A DNA stretch of 10,694 nucleotides from Archangiaceae bacterium (GTDB lineage Bacteria; Myxococcota; Myxococcia; Myxococcales; Myxococcaceae). A program made the position numbers and the translations under genes. The DNA lies in contig JAYVCD010000250.1 in assembly GCA_043750125.1 (NCBI GenBank), forward strand, positions 1 to 10,694, written 5' to 3'. The notes beneath the pieces were generated by a model, which saw only the letters and a list, made by a program, of their open reading frames with translations, was not told the origin of the DNA and did no database searches. Below are positions 1 through 7,900 of the stretch, one piece after another. Positions within the stretch are counted from its first letter, which is position 1. Every line of letters begins with the position of its first letter.

Positions 1-9
1 GTCAGGGAG
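1..9 (+). tRNA. Possible 3' end of a tRNA-Asn-like gene or its att copy (cut by window edge)
   Basis: GTCAGGGAG resembles the bacterial tRNA-Asn 3' acceptor strand plus discriminator G (e.g. ...GTCAGAGGAG-CCA). A terminator follows, and a recombinase-like frame on the opposite strand runs into it. Only 9 nt are visible. Confidence 0.35.
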
Positions 10-14
10 CAGAC

Positions 15-68
15 AGGGGTCGGAAGTAAGAACCACGGTTTCGTGGCCTGCTTCCGACCCTTTTCCTT
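15..68 (+). terminator. Intrinsic terminator
   Basis: GGGTCGGAAG (17-26) pairs perfectly with CTTCCGACCC (51-60). Inner stem CCACG (33-37)/CGTGG (42-46) with a GTTT loop; TTTTCCTT follows. Confidence 0.65.
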
Positions 69-179
69 CTCCAGCCGCCATCAGTGACGCCACGCTCGAT
101 GAGCGGCTCACGATGTCGATGCGCCGCTCGTTGACCACGATGCGCTGCACCAAGAACCGCAGGTAGCTTTGGCTGACCT

Positions 180-506
180 TCACGTCGGGTTCAGCTCGGG
201 TTCGTAGCGGTCCGGCGTCGTCACGCCAGTCTTCAGGTTGTCGGGCACCCAGATCGCCGTCGACCCACCGTAGAAATGCAGCGCGTTGACGTGGCACTGC
301 ACCCAGTTCGGTAGATCCTCTGCCAGCACCGCCTCGACGTAGGTGAGGCTGCTCGCACCGAGCACCGCGACGAAGAGCTTGGCGGTCCGCACCTCGCCGG
401 TCTTCGGGTCGACCACCGGAATGCCATCGCCGCTGAAGTCGACGAAGAGTTTCTCGCCCGCGCGATGCTCTTGCCGCATCGACAGCTCAATGGAAGCGCA
501 CCACAC
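180..506 (-). mobile_element. istA: IS21-family transposase (IstA) internal fragment, truncated at both ends
   Basis: SMRQEHRAGEKLFVDFSG...LFVAVLGASSLTYVEA...FYGG...VPDNLKTGV..PDRYEPELNPT are typical IstA core motifs, including the first two Asp of DDE. The N-terminal HTH, catalytic Glu and istB are absent, and no terminal IRs were seen. Confidence 0.9.
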
Positions 507-525
507 AGCCGGGCGAGGGTGCTGG

Positions 526-550
526 CGTCCTTGCGGTCGACCGCAGGACG
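526..550. repeat. Near-perfect palindrome with a single bulged T
   Basis: CGTCC-T-TGCGGTCGACCGCA-GGACG: 14-bp perfect core (532-545) plus 5-bp complementary arms. Confidence 0.8.
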
Positions 551-573
551 TGGGCCCAGAATGGAAAACGATT

Positions 574-1141
574 TCACCTCGCGGGCGGCGAGCGGCTCGT
601 ACTCACCGGCCTTGACGGATTTGAACAGCTTGCGCCACGCGGCGAGATCGTCGTTCGAGCCCTCGCAACCATCGGAGGGGGCCTGGAGCCCGTCATTGAT
701 ACGAACTTCATCCGCGCTGGAGGTTTGCAGTTTGTTTTGGATAGGGGAACTCGAAGAATGAAGCCGTCGTAGTGGCCGACCTGCTTTTGCGTGGGAAGTC
801 GCCAGGCCCTGCTTTTGCGTGGGAAGTCGCCAGGCCCTGATTTTCTCGCGGAGGCACGACTCCTCGATCGCCGTCAGGGGCTCGCCGCCGAACATCACCT
901 CGTCCACCAAGCCGTTCGTCGCGATGTTCACGTCGAGCTGAACCGAGCTCGCCTTCTTCAACTGCGCGCGGGTCTGGAGGCACCTCTGCGCATCGCCTTC
1001 AACTCTCTTGCTGTGGGCAAGGAGCACCGACTCTTTGCACAACGGGAGCGCCGCGAACCCGCCGTCCGACGTGGGCGTGGCGACCTGGGCGTGAGCGAAA
1101 CCGACTGGGGCGACGGTGAATACGACGAGCAGCGTCCGTAT
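574..1141 (-). pseudogene. Exported protein with a TonB-C/AgmX-PglI-C-like fold, frameshifted by a 28-bp duplication
   Basis: Signal-like RTLLVVFTVAPVGFAHA|Q, then VQLDVNIATNGLVDEV...ESCLREKIRAWRLP. Removing one repeat copy gives ...PTQKQVGHYDGFILRVPL... with a TGA at 576-574. Start is uncertain. Confidence 0.5.
780..839. repeat. Perfect 28-bp tandem duplication
   Basis: CCTGCTTTTGCGTGGGAAGTCGCCAGGC at 780-807 and 808-835, followed by CCTG (836-839). Confidence 0.97.
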
Positions 1142-1422
1142 TTTCCACTCGTGGAGCGGACGACTGGGCGGAGCATCAACTTGACCGCGACCCGCCTGGC
1201 TCTGGAAAAGGCGGAACATCGCCAACCCGTACTACGCCGCGAGTTCCATCTCCATCAGCCGCTTCAGTCCGAGCGTTTCGCGCGTTTAGGCGGCGCTTGG
1301 GCCGGCCAGGCCGTCGTCAATGCGTTGCGTCGAGGCAGAGCCCTGACCTTGGCCCGTTGACCACAGCGGGGTGTGGTTGAAGGGACAAGGTGCCAGGCAG
1401 GCGGTGCGTCCCAGCCCTCGGT

Positions 1423-3411
1423 TCACACCGCGCGAATTAAAGCCACGAGCTCCGCTTCGGTGGTGACCGGAGCGAGGCAGGAAAAGTTCCGGCACAGGTA
1501 GCCGCCGGGGCGAGACTTTCCTTCCAGCGTCTGGGCCAGCACTGGGGGAATCGGCGTTCCCGATTGATGTCGCGCCAGGTGCACGGTGGGAGCAAACACC
1601 TGAGCGAGCGCCAAGATCAGCTTCGGCGCATCGATCACCGTCAAGTCCGCCGCGCCATCGAGCAGATTGTCGGCGGCGAGCATCAGGTGCCCGTAGCCCA
1701 TCGGGTTCTCGAGACACTCTTTGCGGGTCCGCTCGAGGTACTTGCGGGCCTGGTCGAGGTGACGCACGCGGCCGGTCAAAGCTGCGAGGGCGACCTGGGC
1801 CTCGGTCAACGTCGAAGCGCCCGAAGGGAACGCGTTGTCGTGCAAGGCATAGGTGGGCACCAGCAGGTCGGGCTGACCGTGGGGCGCCGCGAGGTACGCC
1901 TGTTTGTCCTCGTCCCAGAATTGTCGGACTGCCACATCAGCGAGCTGCTCGGCCGCCTCGAGGTACTTCGCCTCGAAAGTCACCTGGTACAGCGCACACA
2001 GCCCTGCCGCGAAATCGCCATAGTCCTCGATCATGCCGACGTGCCGCGGAGCTCCTCCCTGCCACGCGCGAAAGACCGTTCCATCGGGACGGCGCAATCT
2101 CGCCAGAAGAAAGTCAGCCGCCTTTGCCGCGAGCGCCGCCCATTCGGGCCGACCAAATACACGCGAGGCGTGCGAGAGCCCCTTGAGCATCAGCCCATTC
2201 CAGCCCAGCAACACCTTGTCGTCGCGACCGGGAGCAACGCGTGCACTGCGCGCAACGAACAGCTTCTTGCGAAGCTCGGGCAGCTCCTCGAGGTTCCTCA
2301 AGGACAGTACCGTCGTGCCGTGCTCGAAGTTCCCTTCAGCGTCGACCCCGAAGTGGTCAGCGGCTCTCTTCCCGTCCACGGGTCCCAGAACGTCGTTCAA
2401 TTGCTGCGGGGTCCAGGCGAAGAATTTTCCTTCCTCGCCTTCGCTGTCGGCGTCCTGCGCCGCATAGAAGGCCCCGTCGCCCGAGATCATCTCGCGCTGC
2501 AGGTACTCGACCGTCTCTTCGACGACCTTCTTCCACAGCGGGCGCGGCTGAATCTGCTGCGCCTCGGAATACAGGTGCAACAGCTGCGCATTGTCGTAGA
2601 GCATTTTCTCGAAGTGGGGCACTTCCCAGCTCTGGTCCACGCTGTAGCGAGAGAAGCCCCCACCCAGCTGGTCATAGATTCCACCGCACGCCATCTTCTC
2701 GAGCGTGAGCAGCACTGCCTCGAGCACCGGCGTTTCCTGCGTCCGTCGCCAGCCGCGCAACATCAGCGCGAGGTTCATTGGATTGGGGAACTTGGGCCCC
2801 CGCTTTCCGAACCCACCGTGCACCGGGTCCGTGATTCCGGTCAGCATTCGAGCACTGTCGGTGATGTCTTTGACTTCGAGGCCCGAAGGCTTCGCGTCCA
2901 GCCCGGTCGAGCAGTACTCGGTGAGGCCCGCCTTGAAGTTCTCGGCCTGTTCCTCGACGTCCTTGCGCTTGGTGGCAAAAGCATCCGCCAGACCTTGAAG
3001 CAGCACGCTGAACGCGGGCAAGCCGTGACGATTCTCAGGAGGGAAATAGGTGCCGCCGTAAAAAGGCCGCAGGTCCGGAGTGAGGAACAAGGTCAGGGGC
3101 CAACCGCCCCCCTTCCCCATCAGCTGGACGACCCCCTGGTACAGCTGGTCTACATCCGGCCGCTCTTCGCGGTCGACCTTCACATTGATGAAGCTCTTGT
3201 TCATCAGCTCGGCCGTCGCGGGGTCTTCGAAGCTCTCGTGCGCCATCACGTGGCACCAATGACAAGCCGAGTAGCCAATCGAGAGCAGAATCGGTTTGTC
3301 GTGCTTCTTCGCGAGGTTCAGCGCCTCTTCACCCCACGGGTACCAGTCGACCGGGTTGTTGTGGTGCTGCTTGAGGTACTCAGAGCTCTCGAGGCCGAGT
3401 CGGTTTGCCAT
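1423..3411 (-). CDS. yyaL: YyaL/SPATA20 (DUF255) protein: thioredoxin-like domain plus six-hairpin glycosidase-like domain
   Basis: 662 aa with family motifs NRL...[72 protein letters not shown] and RDDKVL.GWNGL. Confidence 0.96.
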   Translation of the reverse strand: MANRLGLESSEYLKQHHNNPVDWYPWGEEALNLAKKHDKPILLSIGYSACHWCHVMAHESFEDPATAELMNKSFINVKVDREERPDVDQLYQGVVQLMGKGGGWPLTLFLTPDLRPFYGGTYFPPENRHGLPAFSVLLQGLADAFATKRKDVEEQAENFKAGLTEYCSTGLDAKPSGLEVKDITDSARMLTGITDPVHGGFGKRGPKFPNPMNLALMLRGWRRTQETPVLEAVLLTLEKMACGGIYDQLGGGFSRYSVDQSWEVPHFEKMLYDNAQLLHLYSEAQQIQPRPLWKKVVEETVEYLQREMISGDGAFYAAQDADSEGEEGKFFAWTPQQLNDVLGPVDGKRAADHFGVDAEGNFEHGTTVLSLRNLEELPELRKKLFVARSARVAPGRDDKVLLGWNGLMLKGLSHASRVFGRPEWAALAAKAADFLLARLRRPDGTVFRAWQGGAPRHVGMIEDYGDFAAGLCALYQVTFEAKYLEAAEQLADVAVRQFWDEDKQAYLAAPHGQPDLLVPTYALHDNAFPSGASTLTEAQVALAALTGRVRHLDQARKYLERTRKECLENPMGYGHLMLAADNLLDGAADLTVIDAPKLILALAQVFAPTVHLARHQSGTPIPPVLAQTLEGKSRPGGYLCRNFSCLAPVTTEAELVALIRAV

Positions 3412-3561
3412 TTGGGCCGGAAATTAACGGCGCAGGCCTCGAAGTACAGCAGTGGTTACTGGTCTTGAATGACCAAGCCAGTGCCGCCCTTTGCGGACAG
3501 GCCCCCTTTGAGCGCCCCGGTTTTCCATGCGTCTTTCGGTGCAGCGGGTTAGGTCCGCCCA

Positions 3562-3807
3562 ATGGAAGTCACGGTCTACAGCACCCAGACGTGTCCGTAT
3601 TGTCGGCAGGCAGAGCAGTTTCTGACCGCGCGCGGGGTGGCGTTCAACACCATCGACGTGACTGACGACGACGCGATGCGAGACCGGCTGGTCGAAATGA
3701 GTGGAGGGCGGCGAACCGTGCCGCAAATCTTCATCGATGGAAGAGCGATTGGGGAATACACCGACCTGGTGGCCCTGCCACCCTCGCTCTTCAAGACGGC
3801 CCCGTGA
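3562..3807 (+). CDS. grxC: Dithiol glutaredoxin (Grx3-like)
   Basis: 81 aa with a CPYC active site, TVPQIFI cis-Pro motif and IGEYTDL. Confidence 0.92.
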   Translation: MEVTVYSTQTCPYCRQAEQFLTARGVAFNTIDVTDDDAMRDRLVEMSGGRRTVPQIFIDGRAIGEYTDLVALPPSLFKTAP

Positions 3808-4172
3808 ACCCTCGGCCGGTGGACCTCGCTCAACGGCTGTCGATGTTCTCCGAGCTGTGGTCCCCCAAGGTCGTAGCGCGGTTGAACGACTACGAAATCA
3901 AGCTGGTGAAGCTTCAGGGCGAGTTCGTCTGGCACTCTCACCCGGACACGGACGAGCTGTTCCTGGTCATTGAAGGTGAGCTCACCTTGCAGTTGCGCGA
4001 GGGCGACGTGACGTTGCGTCCGGGTCAGCTTTACGTCGTACCGCGCGGCGTCGAGCACTGCCCGATCAGCAAGGGCGAGGTGCACGCGATGCTGATCGAG
4101 CCGGTGGGTGTCGTGAACACCGGCGACGCCGGCGGCCCGCGGACGGCGAAATACGACGACTCGCTCTTCTGA
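3804..4172 (+). CDS. Cupin domain protein
   Basis: 122 aa with cupin motifs GEFVWHSHPDTDELFLV.EG and G...VVPRGVEHCP. Its GTG start overlaps the grx stop (GTGA), suggesting translational coupling. Confidence 0.93.
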   Translation: MNPRPVDLAQRLSMFSELWSPKVVARLNDYEIKLVKLQGEFVWHSHPDTDELFLVIEGELTLQLREGDVTLRPGQLYVVPRGVEHCPISKGEVHAMLIEPVGVVNTGDAGGPRTAKYDDSLF

Positions 4173-4185
4173 CGGGCGGGGTAAT

Positions 4186-4371
4186 TTGGCCCGGTGTAGC
4201 GCCGTGTCTCGCGGCGGCTTCAGCTCGATGGGCGTCGCGGCGGGGCTCGATGATGCCAGCGGGCAAGCCACCGCCACGGGCAACGCGATGCACAAAGATT
4301 TGGAGCCGCAGTGGAACGCAAAGTACGGCGCGTTCACTTTCTATTTCACCTTTCACCGCCCGGTGAACTGA
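4186..4371 (+). CDS. Small hypothetical ORF or C-terminal gene remnant
   Basis: 61 codons fill the intergenic gap and stop 9 bp from the convergent gene. The tail WNAKYGAFTFYFTFHRPVN looks protein-like. The start is weak (TTG, or ATG at 4228). Confidence 0.3.
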   Translation: MARCSAVSRGGFSSMGVAAGLDDASGQATATGNAMHKDLEPQWNAKYGAFTFYFTFHRPVN

Positions 4372-4380
4372 GGGCCGGGG

Positions 4381-6444
4381 CTACCCCGAAGTTCCCGGCG
4401 TCCTCGGGTTGGCGTCCCATTTGAAATTGTCGAACAGCACTTCGCTGTCGAGGATGTTGTCCCCGACGTCCCAGATGACGAAGCGCAGCTCGAGGATCTC
4501 GCCGGGCCTCACGTTGCCCACGGTGGTCAGCCAGTCGGTGCCGCCTCCGTTGACGCAGCTGGTCGCGCCCGGCGGCGCTTCGTACCCGGTGCCCGACAGC
4601 AGCTGCATTCCCTGGCCGCACGACTGCACGTTCACGTTTGCGTCCCAGCACGCCAGGTTCGCAGCCTTGCTCTGGCAAACCCGAAACAAGCTGGTGCCTC
4701 CGGCGAGATTGATCCCCACCGGCCAGGACTGATTTCCGTTCTGGTAGGTGAGCAGGTTCTTGTCGATTGGGTTCGCCGGGTTCGCCGCGCCTCCCGGAGT
4801 GTCGACCAGCACCAACACCTGGTCGTTGAAGGTCGAGCAGACGAACTCGGGATATTCGGAAGAGAAGAAAAACGAAGAGAGTGAGAACGACCGCGCGTTG
4901 GTCGGGACCCGAATTCTCAGCTTCACCATCACCGAGTCATTGGCCTCATTGGCCTGCGCCGAGCCGCTGCCGCAGTTGGGGGCGACCGGCAGCTGGTTGG
5001 CCAACTTCAACGGCGGGTTGGCCGTCACCAGCCAGTCCTTGATGCAGCTGGCCGCGGTGCAAGTGAGGATGTTCGCGGTGTGGCCGAGGTCTTCGGACGG
5101 AGTGAAAGCGGGACCGCCATTGGGGCCCGGAAGCGTCTGCACCGCGTCAGAAGCAAAGCCGCTCGAGAGGACCGCCATCGACGCGCCCTCGAGCGGAAGA
5201 ATCCGACCGAAGCGCGGCCGAATCGACTTCGCTTCCGGGGTCGACAGCGCCGTCCCGTCGGCATGCAGCAACTCGGCAGAGATGACGCCCCACGTCCTGG
5301 CCTGCGGGCTCACCGGCACTTCGAGCGTCGTGCGACACAAGCCGAGCGCTTTTGCGTAATCCATTCCAACATTCGAGCTCGAGACGAGGTTGCTGTCGCA
5401 GCTGGCGACATCCATCACGTCGGCCGCGTCGACGAGGCCGTTGCAGTTGTCGTCGACGAAATTATTGAGCACTTCCATCGCCCCGGGGTTCACCTGGGCC
5501 GGGTTGCCGCAGCCCAGAGTGTTGTCGCAGCAATCTCCTTGCGCCACCGTCCACCCATCGCCGTCGCAGTCGGTGGTGGCGCTGTTGCAGGTCTGGCAAG
5601 ACCCACTGACGCAAATCTGGGTCGGGCTGCAGGCGTTGCCGCAAGCGCCGCAATGCGCATTCGAAGTGGCCGTCACCACGCATTGCCCCGAGCACGCGGT
5701 CTGGCCCGTCAGGCACGTCACCGCGCAGGTCCCGCCCAGACACGCCTCGCCCGCCGCGCAGCCTTGACCGCAGCTTCCACAGTTTCGAGGGTCGGACTGA
5801 AGGCTGACGCAGCTGCCGTTGCACGAGGCCGAGGACAGCGGACACACGCAGCCGCCGTTGACGCACAGCTTGTCGACGCTGCAGGCATTCCCACACGCGC
5901 CGCAGTGGGCGTTGTCCACCAGGACGTCTCTGCATACCCCCGCGTCCCCACATTGCTTTTGATCCGGCGCGCACGGAGGCGTGACGGTGCAGGCCGAGTT
6001 GACGCACTTTTCGGCAGCCGGACACTTGAGGTTGCACCCCCCGCAGTTGGTTTTATCGGCCGAGGTGTCGAGGCATTGGCCGTTGCAGAAGCTGTAGCCC
6101 GACGGACACGCGCAGGCGCCGGCGACGCATTCCTTATTCGCGGCGCATGCCGAGCCGCAGCCGCCGCAATTGCGACTGTTGATCTGAAGGTCCAGGCACG
6201 CCCCCTGGCAGTTGGCCTTCCCTGCCGGGCACGTCGACACGCACTTCCCGGCACTGCACATCGCGTCGTGGGCGCAGCGATTGTCGCAAGCCCCACAGTG
6301 GGCCGGGTCTTCGCTCTCATTGGCGCAGCTGGCCCCGCAGAGGGTCTGGCCCGCCAGGCAGCTGGGTCCTGCGTCCGCAATCGGAATGGGTCGAACGGCG
6401 CAAGCTCCGAGCAACACCACCACGGGCACGAATCTGCGCAGCAT
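4381..6444 (-). CDS. Cys-rich lipoprotein with myxobacterial Cys repeats, a MopE-related metal-binding motif and a choice-of-anchor-L-like domain
   Basis: Signal MLRRFVPVVVLLGA-C, six 8-Cys repeats, DCDGDGW...GDCCD...NPGAMEV..N.VDDNCNG, and C-terminal FFSSEYPEFVCSTFND / IWDVGDNILDSEVLFDNFKW. Alternative TTG start at 6447. Confidence 0.88.
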   Translation of the reverse strand: MLRRFVPVVVLLGACAVRPIPIADAGPSCLAGQTLCGASCANESEDPAHCGACDNRCAHDAMCSAGKCVSTCPAGKANCQGACLDLQINSRNCGGCGSACAANKECVAGACACPSGYSFCNGQCLDTSADKTNCGGCNLKCPAAEKCVNSACTVTPPCAPDQKQCGDAGVCRDVLVDNAHCGACGNACSVDKLCVNGGCVCPLSSASCNGSCVSLQSDPRNCGSCGQGCAAGEACLGGTCAVTCLTGQTACSGQCVVTATSNAHCGACGNACSPTQICVSGSCQTCNSATTDCDGDGWTVAQGDCCDNTLGCGNPAQVNPGAMEVLNNFVDDNCNGLVDAADVMDVASCDSNLVSSSNVGMDYAKALGLCRTTLEVPVSPQARTWGVISAELLHADGTALSTPEAKSIRPRFGRILPLEGASMAVLSSGFASDAVQTLPGPNGGPAFTPSEDLGHTANILTCTAASCIKDWLVTANPPLKLANQLPVAPNCGSGSAQANEANDSVMVKLRIRVPTNARSFSLSSFFFSSEYPEFVCSTFNDQVLVLVDTPGGAANPANPIDKNLLTYQNGNQSWPVGINLAGGTSLFRVCQSKAANLACWDANVNVQSCGQGMQLLSGTGYEAPPGATSCVNGGGTDWLTTVGNVRPGEILELRFVIWDVGDNILDSEVLFDNFKWDANPRTPGTSG
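5596..6360 (-). repeat. Six intragenic Cys-rich repeats of ~41-46 aa
   Basis: Pattern C-x6-C-x3/5-C-x9-CGxC-x3-C-x5-C-x4-C, with cores HCGAC, NCGGC, NCGGC, HCGAC, NCGSC, HCGAC. Confidence 0.92.
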
Positions 6445-6499
6445 CAAGACCCCCAGACGAAATCAGCGCGGCGAAGACAACTCTTCGCTGACAGGCCTG

Positions 6500-7132
6500 T
6501 CAATCAGGACACGCCGCACCGGACGCAGCCCAGGCGGTGAGCAGGGCTCCGAATTTTTCCTGTGTCCCGGGAACCGGGGTGCGACCTGCCCCCGGTTCCC
6601 ACCCCCAACCCACCAGCGGATCCCGGGTGGAGTGGTCGATGATTTGAGCGAGCGTGCGGTGCCCGTTGCGGTTGGGATCTTTGAGCTGGGCACACAGCTT
6701 AGCGAGAGGGACTCCATGCCAGGCCATTTCTTTCGGGGCCAGATGCCACTGCGGCGCTCCGGGAACAGGCGCGTCGATGTTGTTGCTCGCCTGGTGACAT
6801 GCGTGGCACGCGTTGATGAAGACCCCGTGCCCGCCCGCTCCCCGAGTCACCGGCGGCTCATGGATTTTACGAAGGTCGCCCTGACGGGGGGTGTCGTCCG
6901 TAGGGTGACAGTTGGTGCACCGCGGGTGGGTGAACACTTTTCCCGCTTCGACGAACAAGGCCTTCGAGCGCAGTTGACGGTCGACGATGCGATCGAAGCT
7001 TTCCGGTTCTTGCAGTGCAATCGGCTGCGAGACCCCGCTCTGCATTGGCACGGATGAAACGCGCCGAACCGGGGTGCAGGCCACGATGCTGATCAGCACC
7101 GGCCCGAGCCAGCGCACCTTCCGAATTCCCAT
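6500..7132 (-). CDS. Putative di-heme cytochrome c lipoprotein (family often annotated 'isoquinoline 1-oxidoreductase subunit')
   Basis: 210 aa with lipobox IVA-C, HPRCTNCHP and CHACHQ heme motifs, PGAPQWHLAP..MAW, LCAQLKDP.RNG.R and DPLVGWGWEPG.GR. Confidence 0.85.
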   Translation of the reverse strand: MGIRKVRWLGPVLISIVACTPVRRVSSVPMQSGVSQPIALQEPESFDRIVDRQLRSKALFVEAGKVFTHPRCTNCHPTDDTPRQGDLRKIHEPPVTRGAGGHGVFINACHACHQASNNIDAPVPGAPQWHLAPKEMAWHGVPLAKLCAQLKDPNRNGHRTLAQIIDHSTRDPLVGWGWEPGAGRTPVPGTQEKFGALLTAWAASGAACPD

Positions 7133-7144
7133 CGGCCCTGACTA

Positions 7145-7900
7145 TCAGGGCGCGCAGCTGCTCTGAAACTCCGAGTGCTGTAGAAACTGCTGCAACAGCG
7201 CTCGCCAGGGCGGCCAATCGTGCCCGCCCGGAGCGTGAAAGACGTGGTCTGACGCCAGCACCGACGCGAGCAGAGCGTCTTGCGGCCCGAGGCGATCCTG
7301 GTCGCCGTAGCCCAGGTAGATGGTCGGCCCTTTTTGTTTTCCGGTCACCACGTCGTGCAGCCAACCCCACATCTGGCGTTGGTAGTTGTCCTCGGTGATG
7401 GGCGCGGGTGGGTCGGGGGTCCACTTCTGAAGCCCTCCCGCTTCGCGAATCTCGTTCCCCAGCGAAACGTCTCCCAGGTACGGGGCGAGGGCGAGAATTC
7501 CGTCGACGTGCTGCGGAAAAAATTGCGTGTAGTGAAACGAGCCGAACCCGCCCATCGAGATCCCCGCAATCCAGATTCGTTCGTACCCTCGCTTTCGCAG
7601 CGGCGCGACCACGTCGGCCTCGATGCGTTGCGGAGCGATGCCGCGCAAGTAGTAGCCCATCGTTGCGTCCGCAGCGACCACGTCCACCGACGCGCCACTG
7701 TTCTGAATGGCTTCCACGAAGCCTTCCTTGCGAAACGTCTGGGCGTGGTCCCCCGCGCCCGGCAACAGGACCATCAGGCACCTGGCTTGCTTTGTACCGG
7801 GCAATGGATCGAACGCAGACGCCATCGTGGTTGGCGCGGGGAAAAACACCTTGCAGCCCGACGCGAGCAGCGCGGTGAGAATCAAGAGCAGACGGTTCAT
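7145..7900 (-). CDS. Alpha/beta-hydrolase (esterase-type) lipoprotein
   Basis: Start re-called to MNRLLLILTALLASG-C (ATG 7900-7898, GAGGG 5-6 nt upstream), 251 aa. Motifs LLPGAGD, GISMGG nucleophile elbow, GDQD and GGHDW. Confidence 0.9.
   Translation of the reverse strand: MNRLLLILTALLASGCKVFFPAPTTMASAFDPLPGTKQARCLMVLLPGAGDHAQTFRKEGFVEAIQNSGASVDVVAADATMGYYLRGIAPQRIEADVVAPLRKRGYERIWIAGISMGGFGSFHYTQFFPQHVDGILALAPYLGDVSLGNEIREAGGLQKWTPDPPAPITEDNYQRQMWGWLHDVVTGKQKGPTIYLGYGDQDRLGPQDALLASVLASDHVFHAPGGHDWPPWRALLQQFLQHSEFQSSCAP

Larger units (their letters stand above)
1..180 (-). pseudogene. C-terminal remnant of a probable large serine recombinase
   Basis: Manual translation of 180->1 is open: KVSQSYLRFLVQRIVVNERRIDIVSRSSSVASLMAAGEGKGSEAGHETVVLTSDPCLLPD. 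YLRFLVxRIVV...I.I resembles the C-terminal motif of large serine recombinases. No start codon or catalytic domain is present. Confidence 0.55.

Noticed and set aside
780..839. 28-bp repeat as a CRISPR array
   Set aside because: Two abutting copies with no spacer, and no cas genes in the window.
233..1225. 330-aa ORF as a single real protein
   Set aside because: It crosses the duplication frameshift and overlaps istA out of frame, so it is a chimera.
500..1420. Integron attC sites or cassettes
   Set aside because: The palindrome lacks flanking RYYYAAC/GTTRRRY boxes, and no integron integrase is present.
1226..1422. Coding remnant or right att boundary next to yyaL
   Set aside because: Only short peptide-like stretches (RETLGLKRLMEMELAA) are present, and I found no second copy of the tRNA-like end.
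1564..3468. 634-aa plus-strand ORF
   Set aside because: Antisense shadow of yyaL, typical of high-GC DNA, with no recognisable motifs.
4192..4202. CGGTGTAGCGC resembling a tRNA-Pro 5' end
   Set aside because: No D-loop, anticodon arm or TTCG T-loop follows.
6569..6600. 11-bp inverted repeat GGGAACCGGGG/CCCCGGTTCCC
   Set aside because: It lies inside the CDS over a Gly/Pro-rich motif (WEPGAGRTPVPG) with no adjacent U-tract, so it is probably codon-driven.
5080..7057. Long plus-strand ORFs (486 and 281 aa)
   Set aside because: Antisense shadows of the Cys-rich and cytochrome genes.
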